Part shown: piece by piece, positions 24,631-32,465 of the stretch
How positions within the stretch are numbered: position 1 is the first letter of the stretch
Layout: each line of letters opens with the position of its first letter
Source of the DNA: a virus
Length of the DNA: 45,195 nucleotides
Direction: 5' to 3' (one strand)
Virus record (IMG/VR): IMGVR_UViG_3300045988_169289
Translations under genes and position numbers: made by a program
The notes under the pieces: generated by a model
Seen by the model: the letters and a program-made list of their open reading frames with translations, nothing else
Told to the model about the DNA's origin: nothing
The model's database searches: none

Positions 24631-24843
24631 ATGGAAGTTCAAGTCCGTTGCCGATGCGGCAAACGCCTTTTCGACCTTTCGCTAGACAGGCCTCCAGGCG
24701 GACGCATCTACATCTTGTGTCGCTGTAAAACGATGAACGTCATCGACCTTTCCGCGTATTCCAATCTGCAGGCCCATTCGGAGCCTGTTTCAAAAGAGGC
24801 CCCTGAGCCCACTTCTCAGCGCCAAGCGAGCGCACAATCCTGA
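24631..24843 (+). CDS. Com-like zinc-finger protein (candidate translational regulator)
   Basis: 70 aa. SD GGGAGGG lies 8 nt upstream. MEVQVRCRCGKRLFDLSLDRPPGGRIYILCRCKTMNVIDL resembles phage Mu Com (RCxxCxKLLF ... IRCPRCK...I.L), but with CxC instead of CxxC knuckles. Confidence 0.45.
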   Translation: MEVQVRCRCGKRLFDLSLDRPPGGRIYILCRCKTMNVIDLSAYSNLQAHSEPVSKEAPEPTSQRQASAQS

Positions 24844-24856
24844 GAACCTTGAGTTC

Positions 24857-24879
24857 CATAGCAAAAGGAGTTTGCTATG
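24857..24879 (+). promoter_or_regulatory. Translation-occluding hairpin over the SD and start codon of the 209-aa gene
   Basis: CAUAGCAAA-AGGAG-UUUGCUAUG is a perfect 9-bp stem. The 5-nt loop is the SD AGGAG, and the AUG (24877..24879) is the last three stem bases. Confidence 0.7.
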
Positions 24880-25506
24880 GCTGAATTTGCTTCTAAAGGT
24901 GTTGCCGGTAGCGCCCTTGGTCTGGCTATCGGTGGCTTGTCTGCTGCTTTGCTGCAGGGCGGCAACGGTGGAATCCTCGGCGGCCTCTTTGGTGGAAACA
25001 ACTGCGCCCCGCAGATGGCCGCGATGGGCGTCATTGCTGAAAAGGACGCCAAGATCGCCGAGCTCACTTCGCAGAAGTACTCGGACAATCGGGACGCGAC
25101 GCTTTATCAGGCGACGCGCTCTGAAAACGAGAAACTCGAAAATCGTCTGATGGCTTTCATCACGCCGCTTTCTCAGGAATCCGCGAGCAACCGCGAACGC
25201 GTCGCCGTGCTTGAAGCTCAGCAAGCGAAGAACGGTGAAATCGCCGACCTGCGCGAAAAGCTCATTCGCTCCGAACTCGGTGCCAAGATCGATAGCGTTG
25301 CTCAGACGTGCGGCTGTGGTATTGCCCAGCTCAACAACGCCGTTGCCGGTATCAACAACACGTTGAACCAGATCACCCACACGGTTATCCCGCGCACGGC
25401 GATCTGCCCCAAAGTGATGGAACGTTACAACAGCTGGACTGCGCCCACAGCCGCGGCTCCGGCGGTTCAGCCGGTGACCGGCAGCATCAACGTCAACCGG
25501 GGTTAA
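24877..25506 (+). CDS. Glycine-zipper / coiled-coil protein of unknown function (209 aa)
   Basis: The N-terminus is KGVAGSALGLAIGGLSAALLQGGNGGILGGLFGG (a glycine-zipper-like hydrophobic segment). A long heptad-like charged region follows, then a Cys-containing C-terminal domain. Confidence 0.6.
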   Translation: MAEFASKGVAGSALGLAIGGLSAALLQGGNGGILGGLFGGNNCAPQMAAMGVIAEKDAKIAELTSQKYSDNRDATLYQATRSENEKLENRLMAFITPLSQESASNRERVAVLEAQQAKNGEIADLREKLIRSELGAKIDSVAQTCGCGIAQLNNAVAGINNTLNQITHTVIPRTAICPKVMERYNSWTAPTAAAPAVQPVTGSINVNRG

Positions 25507-25509
25507 GCC

Positions 25510-25845
25510 ATGAGAATGCCGATTGGAAACTTGCCTGCGGTGGTTGTGGAATTTGCTCAGCAAGTCCTCATCCCCGCGGCAGAAAAGCAGGGCGGCTCTC
25601 TGCCCTTCGCCGTCGGCATCGTCTCGGGGCTCGTCGCACAGCGGGCCCCGGCGATGATCGAACCTTATCTGCCGATGCTCAAGTCATTAGGAGCGGTGGA
25701 TGAGCAAAACCGCATCGACGTGGACTTGCTGTACGGCGAAGCCTCAAAGAATCTCGAAGCGCATCCGTTCTCCATCGGGCCTTATAAGCCTGACCGAGGT
25801 GACTTAGATGCGCTGAAGGAAATCATGAACCGGCATGGAGAATGA
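25510..25845 (+). CDS. Hypothetical protein (111 aa), cassette member
   Basis: The ORF starts 4 nt after the 209-aa gene stop. No motif was recognised. Confidence 0.5.
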   Translation: MRMPIGNLPAVVVEFAQQVLIPAAEKQGGSLPFAVGIVSGLVAQRAPAMIEPYLPMLKSLGAVDEQNRIDVDLLYGEASKNLEAHPFSIGPYKPDRGDLDALKEIMNRHGE

Positions 25846-26027
25846 TTATGGAAATGAAGGAACTTATGAAAGCCCGCGCGGAGCAATCCATGCACTGCCT
25901 GCTCGAAAAGATCGACAAGGTATGCGATGAGGCCCGCGACAGTGGCGGCTTAAGCGGTGAGGACGTTCGCACGCTTGAAAAAGCGTGGTGCGCGGTAGCC
26001 ACCATCAAGGCCGTGTGCAAGGAGTAA
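25842..26027 (+). CDS. Hypothetical small helical protein (about 60 aa), cassette member
   Basis: It overlaps the upstream gene as ATGA. SD GGAGA suggests an alternative start at 25848. It is followed by a terminator. Confidence 0.45.
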   Translation: MIMEMKELMKARAEQSMHCLLEKIDKVCDEARDSGGLSGEDVRTLEKAWCAVATIKAVCKE

Positions 26028-26032
26028 CGAAA

Positions 26033-26062
26033 AACCCCGGTTCATCGCCGGGGTTCTCTTTG
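26033..26062. terminator. Bidirectional intrinsic terminator between the plus-strand cassette and the minus-strand AT-rich genes
   Basis: AACCCCGG-ttcatcg-CCGGGGTT is followed by ctcttt on the plus strand. On the minus strand the same stem is followed by TTTCGTT. Confidence 0.7.
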
Positions 26063-26127
26063 CAATCTCAGTTCTACGAGTCGCTACTGAAACGGGGTTC
26101 TCTTTTTTTACGACAGCCGTGCCTCAA

Positions 26128-26649
26128 TCAATAGATTGCCGGAATCGGTATTCCGCCGATAAAGGGTGGAATGCCATTTTTATTCTCACGACGCCGAATC
26201 ATTTTTTTAAGATTTCGCTGTACTGTCGGCGCGTTCTGATTCTTCGCGAGCCATACCCGCGCCGCCTGCATCAACCCGTGGCAGAAGTCCAAGACGTCCG
26301 TGAGATAGGTCTCGTTGCAAACATTGTTGCTGAGGTGTATCCGGCCGTTTGGAATCGTAAGGATCAGCTTTTTGTTGCCTTTGCGGTCATCCACAGTCCC
26401 CGTATGAAGGAGATCATTGCGAAGCTGCTTCATCAGTTCGGGTGTCGCCAATGAGAAAAACTCTTGCGGCAGGTTCTTTTCGCACCATGCTACGTAGTTC
26501 ACATTCTTCGCCCAAAAGCCCTCTGTTTCTAAGGCCGCGCACATATCAGGCAGAGTAAGCGCTGCCATCGTTGCGACGACATACAGTTCGGCCTTAAGCG
26601 CCCTGTCTATCTCGTCCAGCAGCATTTCGACGCAGTTCGGCTCCGACAT
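26128..26649 (-). CDS. Candidate HEPN-like (DUF4145-like) protein, 173 aa
   Basis: SD AAGAGGAGAA precedes the ATG at 26649. The protein is helical and carries an Rx4H motif RNDLLH at aa 77-82, the hallmark spacing of HEPN RNase domains. The gene is AT-rich. Confidence 0.35.
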   Translation of the reverse strand: MSEPNCVEMLLDEIDRALKAELYVVATMAALTLPDMCAALETEGFWAKNVNYVAWCEKNLPQEFFSLATPELMKQLRNDLLHTGTVDDRKGNKKLILTIPNGRIHLSNNVCNETYLTDVLDFCHGLMQAARVWLAKNQNAPTVQRNLKKMIRRRENKNGIPPFIGGIPIPAIY

Positions 26650-26830
26650 ACGGTTCTCCTCTTTGAGTTCTTACCCAATCGACAAGATCAAAGAGGTCAA
26701 GATCGGACTCGCCATACCGGTCGACCGAATAAGTGCGGACAACAAGGCGGCCTTTATCGTTAACCCACAGCTCTACGGGGTAGCCTTCCTTAAGTTCCCG
26801 AACGGGGAGCACTGCGATCTTTGTTTCCAT
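26594..26830 (-). CDS. Small protein (78 aa) overlapping the HEPN-like gene by 56 nt
   Basis: The ORF lies in the same AT-rich island and its 3' end overlaps the start of 26128..26649. No motif was recognised. Confidence 0.4.
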   Translation of the reverse strand: METKIAVLPVRELKEGYPVELWVNDKGRLVVRTYSVDRYGESDLDLFDLVDWVRTQRGEPYVGAELRRNAAGRDRQGA

Positions 26831-26861
26831 GATCTTTCTCCATTGTCCGAATTATGCCGCA

Positions 26862-27149
26862 TCAGCAGTCCACCGCCCTCGCAAACTCAGGGAGTGTCTT
26901 CAGGTACTCGTAACCTTGGCGAATGAAGTTCTCCGAGCCGTCTGCGACGGAGGGGGTGAAAGCAAAGCGGGCAGTTTTCAAAAGCCTAGTCTGATCGTAA
27001 TAGCCGACATTGAGCATCAGGGCTTCTTTATCCCCTGACACTTTTTCAATTTTGACATAGCACTTTTCTACGACGACTTCCTTTTCAATAAAGTCATCCG
27101 AAGAGTACGCATAAACCTTTTTCATGGTTAGCTTGGTTTCCAACGCCAT
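26862..27149 (-). CDS. Hypothetical protein downstream of the tailspike (95 aa)
   Basis: ORF 26862..27161. SD TGGAG precedes the ATG at 27149, which lies just after the tailspike TAA stop. The C-terminus is ...NFIRQGYEYLKTLPEFARAVDC. Confidence 0.5.
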   Translation of the reverse strand: MALETKLTMKKVYAYSSDDFIEKEVVVEKCYVKIEKVSGDKEALMLNVGYYDQTRLLKTARFAFTPSVADGSENFIRQGYEYLKTLPEFARAVDC

Positions 27150-27151
27150 GA

Positions 27152-30100
27152 TTAACTCCAAGTTTGTATTTTTGACAGCGCTTCAGCGCCTTCAAAATCG
27201 AGGTTGTTGCTGTTGCTTAAAATCTTTGTATTCGTAGCTTTTTTTCCCACGAATACATGGAAAAACTCAGAAGCCCCGTCCAGGTTTTGAACATCAAATC
27301 TATTGCTGTCTATGTCTATAGCGACTTGACTTGTTTCTATGTTTTTGTTCAAAACAGAAACTACGTGTATCACTCCCGCCTTCGTATTATCGGCGGAATT
27401 TCCACGACGACTTTCGTTCAAAAAGCTGTTGCCACGAATTCGCACGAGACATTTACATGGAGCATCGTGAAGGAAATATATTGAAAGGTAAGCGGCAAAT
27501 TCAGAACCACTATTATCGGATGGCCCCGCAGAATCAAAGCAATTATTTTCTATGTTTATAACCCTTGTGAGAACAGGACGGATATATAGCGGGCCCAATT
27601 CTCCGCTCTCCGCGCACGGAACAGCCCCAACAAAAGAATTCGTGATTGAGATTTCTTCAAAGGCTGTACCATAATACTTTGCGTAAGGTGCCGGCGATAT
27701 AGCGCAATTATTTAACTTTAAAATTTTTCCTGTATTTGAAATTACATTTCCGCTATTGAACCACCAGAAAACTCTAGAGTCGGAGATATAAAGAGCGTTA
27801 ATATAAGACGATTCCCAAAAAACAAATCCAGGAACATCCGAATTGACAATTGTCATGTTCCCTATGTATTTCGCCCCTATCAGGAATCCGGGAGTGTTTT
27901 GATCAGAGCGATCAACGTATCGTTTTACATTAGTCGAATTACAAATTCGAATGCTATGAATATCACTAGCCGCAAAGTGATAACCTGTTTGCCCGATTAT
28001 CTGATTATCGGACAGAGTAATGACCTTCGCCCCCATCGACAGGCCGTCCAAGACGCTGTTTGTCACGCTCATCTTCAGTACGTCGCCATGCGAGTCGCAC
28101 GAATACTTTCCCGAGTAGGATTTAAAAACGCAGCGATCAATGAAGACGTTATCCGAGTTGATAGATACCAATGTGCCGTCAAGTAAAAATCTTGCCCCCC
28201 CGGACGCGAAGCAGTGCCAAACGCATTGTGCATTGGTTTGCTTGACGTAAATATTTTTGCAGCCAAACGAGACGATACCATACCGAACGTTGCCACCATT
28301 ATTAACGACGGTCGCGCCATCGATGGATACGCCATGGCAAAGATTCGTCGACAATGCAATGTAAGGGTTTGCATCAGCGAATCGAACGCCGTCAATAGTA
28401 AGATCAACAACATTGCTAAAAACCAAAAGTTCCACGACTTCGGTTTTTAGCTTTGTAGAAAATCTTCCGCCAATAACCCTAATGTTAGATAAGGTATTTT
28501 TAAAAAGCAGAATATCAGAGCTGTCCTTATCGAAAGGCAGGGTTAGCGTATCAATTAGCTTAAGTTCATTTCCATCAATTTCGTTGACTCTTAAAAGTTC
28601 GCCTCTTTTATAATATTTTCTCGATGTGTCTATATTAGTATTCTTGTCGACAATAGCCGCAAGTTTATAGCCCGCATTCTCTTTTTCTTCTGTCAAGAAA
28701 AGATCGTGGTTTGTATCGGCCGCAAGGCACGAGACAGTAATTACAACCGATTCTCCATACGCAACCGTCGCCGAAACAGTGACTACGGGGTTATTGCAAG
28801 TAAAATCGGTGTTACTGTCGCTATCATGAAACGTCGGATTATAATCGACAGCATATTCATCGCTTGATAGTTCCCTGTCTTTTATGTACACATTCGTGAC
28901 GGTAATACTTGTTATTCCGAATACAGGTATTTGGTATCTATTACCCGCTGAACGTTTAAACTCAAAAATTCTCGTCGAGCGTACGGCTACGCTTTTGCTA
29001 AGATTGGCTCTGTCGTATGTTACGTTTGTATCACCACACACGAAAATATGCGTGTTATTTTCGGCAATAATATCCGCGCCGCCAAAATCGAAAACTTTAT
29101 TTGACTTCTTATTGATAACCGCATCAGACACCAGATAGGAGCGGGAGGAAAATTTAACCACCCCCGCATCGCTATCAACTGCCAGCTGAATAGCTTGTCG
29201 GTCATCGGTTACGCCATCCCCAACGGCGCCAAACTGATCTACCGAAACCGTGTCCCCATAGATAAGCAACTCAGCCAGCAACCCGCCGAGCAGTTCTTCA
29301 GAAAACTTCTCGGTCGACTCCACGATCCGGTAGACCGCGCCACCTCCATCCCCCGGCTCATAGTATCCCTGTGTAACCGCCGTCATCCCGGGCGCTAGGA
29401 ACTTCGCCACCTTCATATCGGCAACGGACTTAAACACGTGGGGCTTCGCGGCGAGCCAGTCGAGTACCGGCAACGGCGACGTACCGCCCGGCATTATCAG
29501 GGACTGTCCCCCCGTAATCGCGTTTGCCTGCTCCGCCCACCCCTTGGCCTCGGCCGCATAGTCCTTCGATTTCAGCAGCTCTTCGAGGTTCTTCGCGATC
29601 GCCGCAATGGCCTCAGCGTTTTCCGCCGTGACACCGACCGACTTGATATTTTCGGACACGGTGACGATCTGATCCTTAAATGCGAGGAGTTTGTCGGCGT
29701 ACTCTTTGGAAGTGGCCGCAGAGGCGGCGGCGTTCGTCTCGGACTGCAGAGCCTTAGCCGCCGCATCAAGCGCAGAAGCCGTTGCTTCGAGCAACTTATC
29801 GCGTAGCTGCCGTGGGGTGATGGTGTCCGTGGGATCAGTAATGAGCGCGCGATTGACTTGCTCGACAAGCTGCTGACAGAGAATCGTCAGCCGGTCGAGC
29901 GAATCATTGAGCACCGTCGGAAAGAACGCCCCTCGGTTTGTGAAAACCGTCGGCTGTACATAGGCTTCGCCCGAGATAACGGCAAGCGCCGCGCCTTTTA
30001 CCAGTGGCTCCTTAAGCGTAATCTTGCCGCCAGGGTTGACATCTTGGTCGTCATTAAGGACGCAGACGTACGCATTTGGGTTAAGAACCGCATCAACGCC

Positions 30101-30226
30101 ATGGGGCGGCGCAACGTGAACTTCGGCATCCTCAGACTTCAGTAATTTGAAAGAAAAAGAAAACTGCGTCTGCACACCGTCGCCGACATAAATATCGCTT
30201 CGGCGAAGTTGAGATTGAATAGCCAT
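27152..30226 (-). CDS. Tailspike / tail fibre with right-handed beta-helix (pectate-lyase-like) depolymerase domain
   Basis: 1024 aa. The N-terminal virion-anchor region is MAIQSQLRRSDIYVGDGVQTQFSFSF... The motif DQFGAVGDGVTDDRQAIQLAVDS (about aa 330) is typical of the pectate_lyase_3 / tailspike fold. The C-terminal two thirds are Asn/Ser/Val-rich and AT-rich. Confidence 0.8.
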   Translation of the reverse strand: MAIQSQLRRSDIYVGDGVQTQFSFSFKLLKSEDAEVHVAPPHGVDAVLNPNAYVCVLNDDQDVNPGGKITLKEPLVKGAALAVISGEAYVQPTVFTNRGAFFPTVLNDSLDRLTILCQQLVEQVNRALITDPTDTITPRQLRDKLLEATASALDAAAKALQSETNAAASAATSKEYADKLLAFKDQIVTVSENIKSVGVTAENAEAIAAIAKNLEELLKSKDYAAEAKGWAEQANAITGGQSLIMPGGTSPLPVLDWLAAKPHVFKSVADMKVAKFLAPGMTAVTQGYYEPGDGGGAVYRIVESTEKFSEELLGGLLAELLIYGDTVSVDQFGAVGDGVTDDRQAIQLAVDSDAGVVKFSSRSYLVSDAVINKKSNKVFDFGGADIIAENNTHIFVCGDTNVTYDRANLSKSVAVRSTRIFEFKRSAGNRYQIPVFGITSITVTNVYIKDRELSSDEYAVDYNPTFHDSDSNTDFTCNNPVVTVSATVAYGESVVITVSCLAADTNHDLFLTEEKENAGYKLAAIVDKNTNIDTSRKYYKRGELLRVNEIDGNELKLIDTLTLPFDKDSSDILLFKNTLSNIRVIGGRFSTKLKTEVVELLVFSNVVDLTIDGVRFADANPYIALSTNLCHGVSIDGATVVNNGGNVRYGIVSFGCKNIYVKQTNAQCVWHCFASGGARFLLDGTLVSINSDNVFIDRCVFKSYSGKYSCDSHGDVLKMSVTNSVLDGLSMGAKVITLSDNQIIGQTGYHFAASDIHSIRICNSTNVKRYVDRSDQNTPGFLIGAKYIGNMTIVNSDVPGFVFWESSYINALYISDSRVFWWFNSGNVISNTGKILKLNNCAISPAPYAKYYGTAFEEISITNSFVGAVPCAESGELGPLYIRPVLTRVINIENNCFDSAGPSDNSGSEFAAYLSIYFLHDAPCKCLVRIRGNSFLNESRRGNSADNTKAGVIHVVSVLNKNIETSQVAIDIDSNRFDVQNLDGASEFFHVFVGKKATNTKILSNSNNLDFEGAEALSKIQTWS

Positions 30227-30264
30227 GGGCGAGACCTCAGAATTTAGTCTCTGCAGTCTCGCCC
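30227..30264 (-). promoter_or_regulatory. 5' UTR hairpin abutting the tailspike start codon
   Basis: The minus strand reads GGGCGAGAC-(20 nt)-GUCUCGCCC, a perfect 9-bp stem. The 3' arm ends at the base before the ATG at 30226 and covers part of the SD region (GAGGUCUCGCCC). Confidence 0.6.
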
Positions 30265-30277
30265 CGTGGCCCCGGCG

Positions 30278-30289
30278 TTTATGGACGGG
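30278..30289 (-). promoter_or_regulatory. Conserved motif CCCGTCCATAAA, copy 1
   Basis: The plus strand reads tttatggacggg. The motif abuts the TerL TAA stop (30290..30292) and ends 51 nt upstream of the tailspike ATG. Confidence 0.55.
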
Positions 30290-31636
30290 TTAACGCCACG
30301 ACCTATCGAACTCCTCGTTTGCGTCGTAGTCGTTCGAAGAGCCGTAGAGCTGCCGTTCGAGCCGCTGATCTAGTTTCGGCGCGACGGGCGCGGCGAAGGT
30401 GAGCGCCAAAGCATCCGCCAAGTCAGGGCTTCGCCCAATGCGTTCCTTGATCTTGTCTTTCGACTCCAAAATCTTCAGCCCTTTGCCCGTGGTGTAGCCG
30501 TACGTCGGCGCGGACAAGTCAGCCTGTAGCATCGTATCCGGAGGGATTGCCCCGCCGTCTTGTAGCCATTTCGCCATTTCCGCCCACATTTCCATGCGTT
30601 TATTTGCGTAGTGCGGATCAGAAGAGGCACCGGCAAAGGCCACTTCCGTCACGTCAAACCGCAGCTGACGCAGACGGTCAACGACGCCCGCCCCATTGCC
30701 AATATCGATAAACACCGCGTCCGGTTGCCATTCCCTGATCTGAATCGCCACCTGATCCGCGAGTGCCATATTGTCAAGTTTCCGGATAACAGTCGGCGGC
30801 CAAGACACGACGCCCTGACGCTTGAATATCACGGACGCATCAGACCCGAAACGCGCCACGTCAACGCCCATGATGCGCGGAGACGCGGCGTAATCGTGCT
30901 CTCGGTACTGTCGGCACGCAGCAGCGCGGACGGTATCAATCGGGATCAGCACATTGTCGGCCGCTGCATTGAAGTCGCACATGAATTCCTGACGGAACTC
31001 ATTCTCGGACATTTCGAGTTTCAACGCCTGTAATTCTTCGTCCGGAATGACGTGTGTCCGATCCACCGAGTACACCATCGCAATCCAATCGGGGTCACCC
31101 GCCGCCATGCGCTCCAGCGCCTTGTCATACATCTGACTGAAGAGGTTCACCCCCTTCGGCGTTCCGATGAATACCGCCCACCCCTTGCGGTCAGCGAGAG
31201 CCGGGCGCAAGACTTCCCCCCAAACTTCGGGCTTCATCTGCGCAACTTCGTCAAGAATCGCGCCGTCGAAGTATGCGCCGCGCAGGGCGTCCGGATTATC
31301 GGCACCATAGATGCGAATAGTGACACCGTTCGGTAGCGTGATGGACAACTTCTGCTCATTGACCTTGCACATCGGTATTGCGGCCGTGTAGTGCTTCAAA
31401 TAGCCCCAGGCGATCTGTTCGGCCTGATTCCGGAACGGCGCAATGTAGGCGTAAAAGCCTCGCTCCTTCGCGTCAACGATAGCCCGTTTAATAAGGTGAT
31501 TAACGCTGAGAACCGTCTTACCCAAGCGACGATGCGCCACCAGGACACCGAAGCGGTGAGTTTCAAGCGCCTGATGAATCTCGTCCTGAGGATACCGGGG
31601 CGCGTAGGGAATTTTTATCCGTAACGGTAAAGTCAT
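30290..31636 (-). CDS. terL: Terminase large subunit
   Basis: 448 aa. Walker A-like VAHRRLGKTV and Walker B-like GAILDEVAQM are present, followed by a C-terminal nuclease-like region. It overlaps the TerS stop by 4 nt. Confidence 0.85.
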   Translation of the reverse strand: MTLPLRIKIPYAPRYPQDEIHQALETHRFGVLVAHRRLGKTVLSVNHLIKRAIVDAKERGFYAYIAPFRNQAEQIAWGYLKHYTAAIPMCKVNEQKLSITLPNGVTIRIYGADNPDALRGAYFDGAILDEVAQMKPEVWGEVLRPALADRKGWAVFIGTPKGVNLFSQMYDKALERMAAGDPDWIAMVYSVDRTHVIPDEELQALKLEMSENEFRQEFMCDFNAAADNVLIPIDTVRAAACRQYREHDYAASPRIMGVDVARFGSDASVIFKRQGVVSWPPTVIRKLDNMALADQVAIQIREWQPDAVFIDIGNGAGVVDRLRQLRFDVTEVAFAGASSDPHYANKRMEMWAEMAKWLQDGGAIPPDTMLQADLSAPTYGYTTGKGLKILESKDKIKERIGRSPDLADALALTFAAPVAPKLDQRLERQLYGSSNDYDANEEFDRSWR

Positions 31637-32085
31637 TCTTTGTCGCTACTCCATCCGATGCTGAGACCACCCGCAAACGTCGTCTTATTGTCCTTTTCGT
31701 AGAAACCGACGTGCTTTCCGATCAACTCAAGTGCCTTATTGGCTGCCGGTGCGTCTACCTGTTCCTGCACCTGCAGTCCTGCATCGTCGTAGACCGGAGA
31801 CCGACATTCGCCATCGAACTCGGTTTTCCCGTAAGTCTTGGCATTGATCCGGTATTGGTCGATATGCCACTGCAGCACCTGATCCTGAGTGATTTCGAGC
31901 CGTTGCGTTCGAGCGGCTTTTCCGTCCGCAACAGCCTCCATAACGTTAACATTTGACAACAGGCGGGACGCCTGCTCACGCGCCGTCTTCGCACTATATC
32001 CCGCCCGAATTGCAGCCTGAGTCGCGTTAAGATCGACAAGGTACTCTTGCACAAATCGTTCCTGTTTCGGCGTCAGTTTCGGCAT
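31633..32085 (-). CDS. terS: Terminase small subunit (P27/Terminase_2-like)
   Basis: MPKLTPKQERFVQEYLVDLNATQAAIRAGYSAKTAREQASRLLSNVNV is the typical N-terminal HTH of this family. I chose the internal ATG at 32085 within ORF 31633..32145. Confidence 0.8.
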   Translation of the reverse strand: MPKLTPKQERFVQEYLVDLNATQAAIRAGYSAKTAREQASRLLSNVNVMEAVADGKAARTQRLEITQDQVLQWHIDQYRINAKTYGKTEFDGECRSPVYDDAGLQVQEQVDAPAANKALELIGKHVGFYEKDNKTTFAGGLSIGWSSDKE

Positions 32086-32465
32086 TCTCTCCTCTCCCAA
32101 TGATCCACAACTCTCCCCCGCATGAGCCCTGCCGCCACAGCCCATACAGTTGATTTTGGCATATCAAGCATATCGGCTATGGCCTTGAAGCTGAACCCCT
32201 CATCCCGCAGCTGAAACACCTGATCTATCTCGGCGTCAGTGTACTTTGCCACCGGCGAGTCCTCCCCAATCCGAACCCCGTTGCTGCTCACTGCCACCAT
32301 CCGCAAAGAAACTCGGACACTCTTGGCGGGCTTGCGCGACGGCGTTTTCGATGACACGCTTGCGGGAGATTGACTCTTTTGGCAAGGCTTGGGCTTCGGC
32401 GGCAGCCCGGGCAAGTCGGGTTGCCACCAAAGGCGGGAAAACAAAAGCAATTCCGAGTCGTTCAT
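32073..32465 (-). CDS. HTH-containing protein (130 aa), candidate late-gene regulator
   Basis: The C-terminal half, AKYTDAEIDQVFQLRDEGFSFKAIADMLDMPKSTVWAV, looks like a sigma-70 region 4 or resolvase-type HTH. The N-terminal half is Pro/Ser/Lys low-complexity. It lies immediately upstream of TerS. Confidence 0.45.
   Translation of the reverse strand: MNDSELLLFSRLWWQPDLPGLPPKPKPCQKSQSPASVSSKTPSRKPAKSVRVSLRMVAVSSNGVRIGEDSPVAKYTDAEIDQVFQLRDEGFSFKAIADMLDMPKSTVWAVAAGLMRGRVVDHWERRECRN

Noticed and set aside
26063-26127. Second copy of ggggttctcttt (26095..26110) as an independent terminator or repeat element
   Set aside because: It has no convincing upstream complementary arm. It is probably a partial duplication of the adjacent bidirectional terminator arm.
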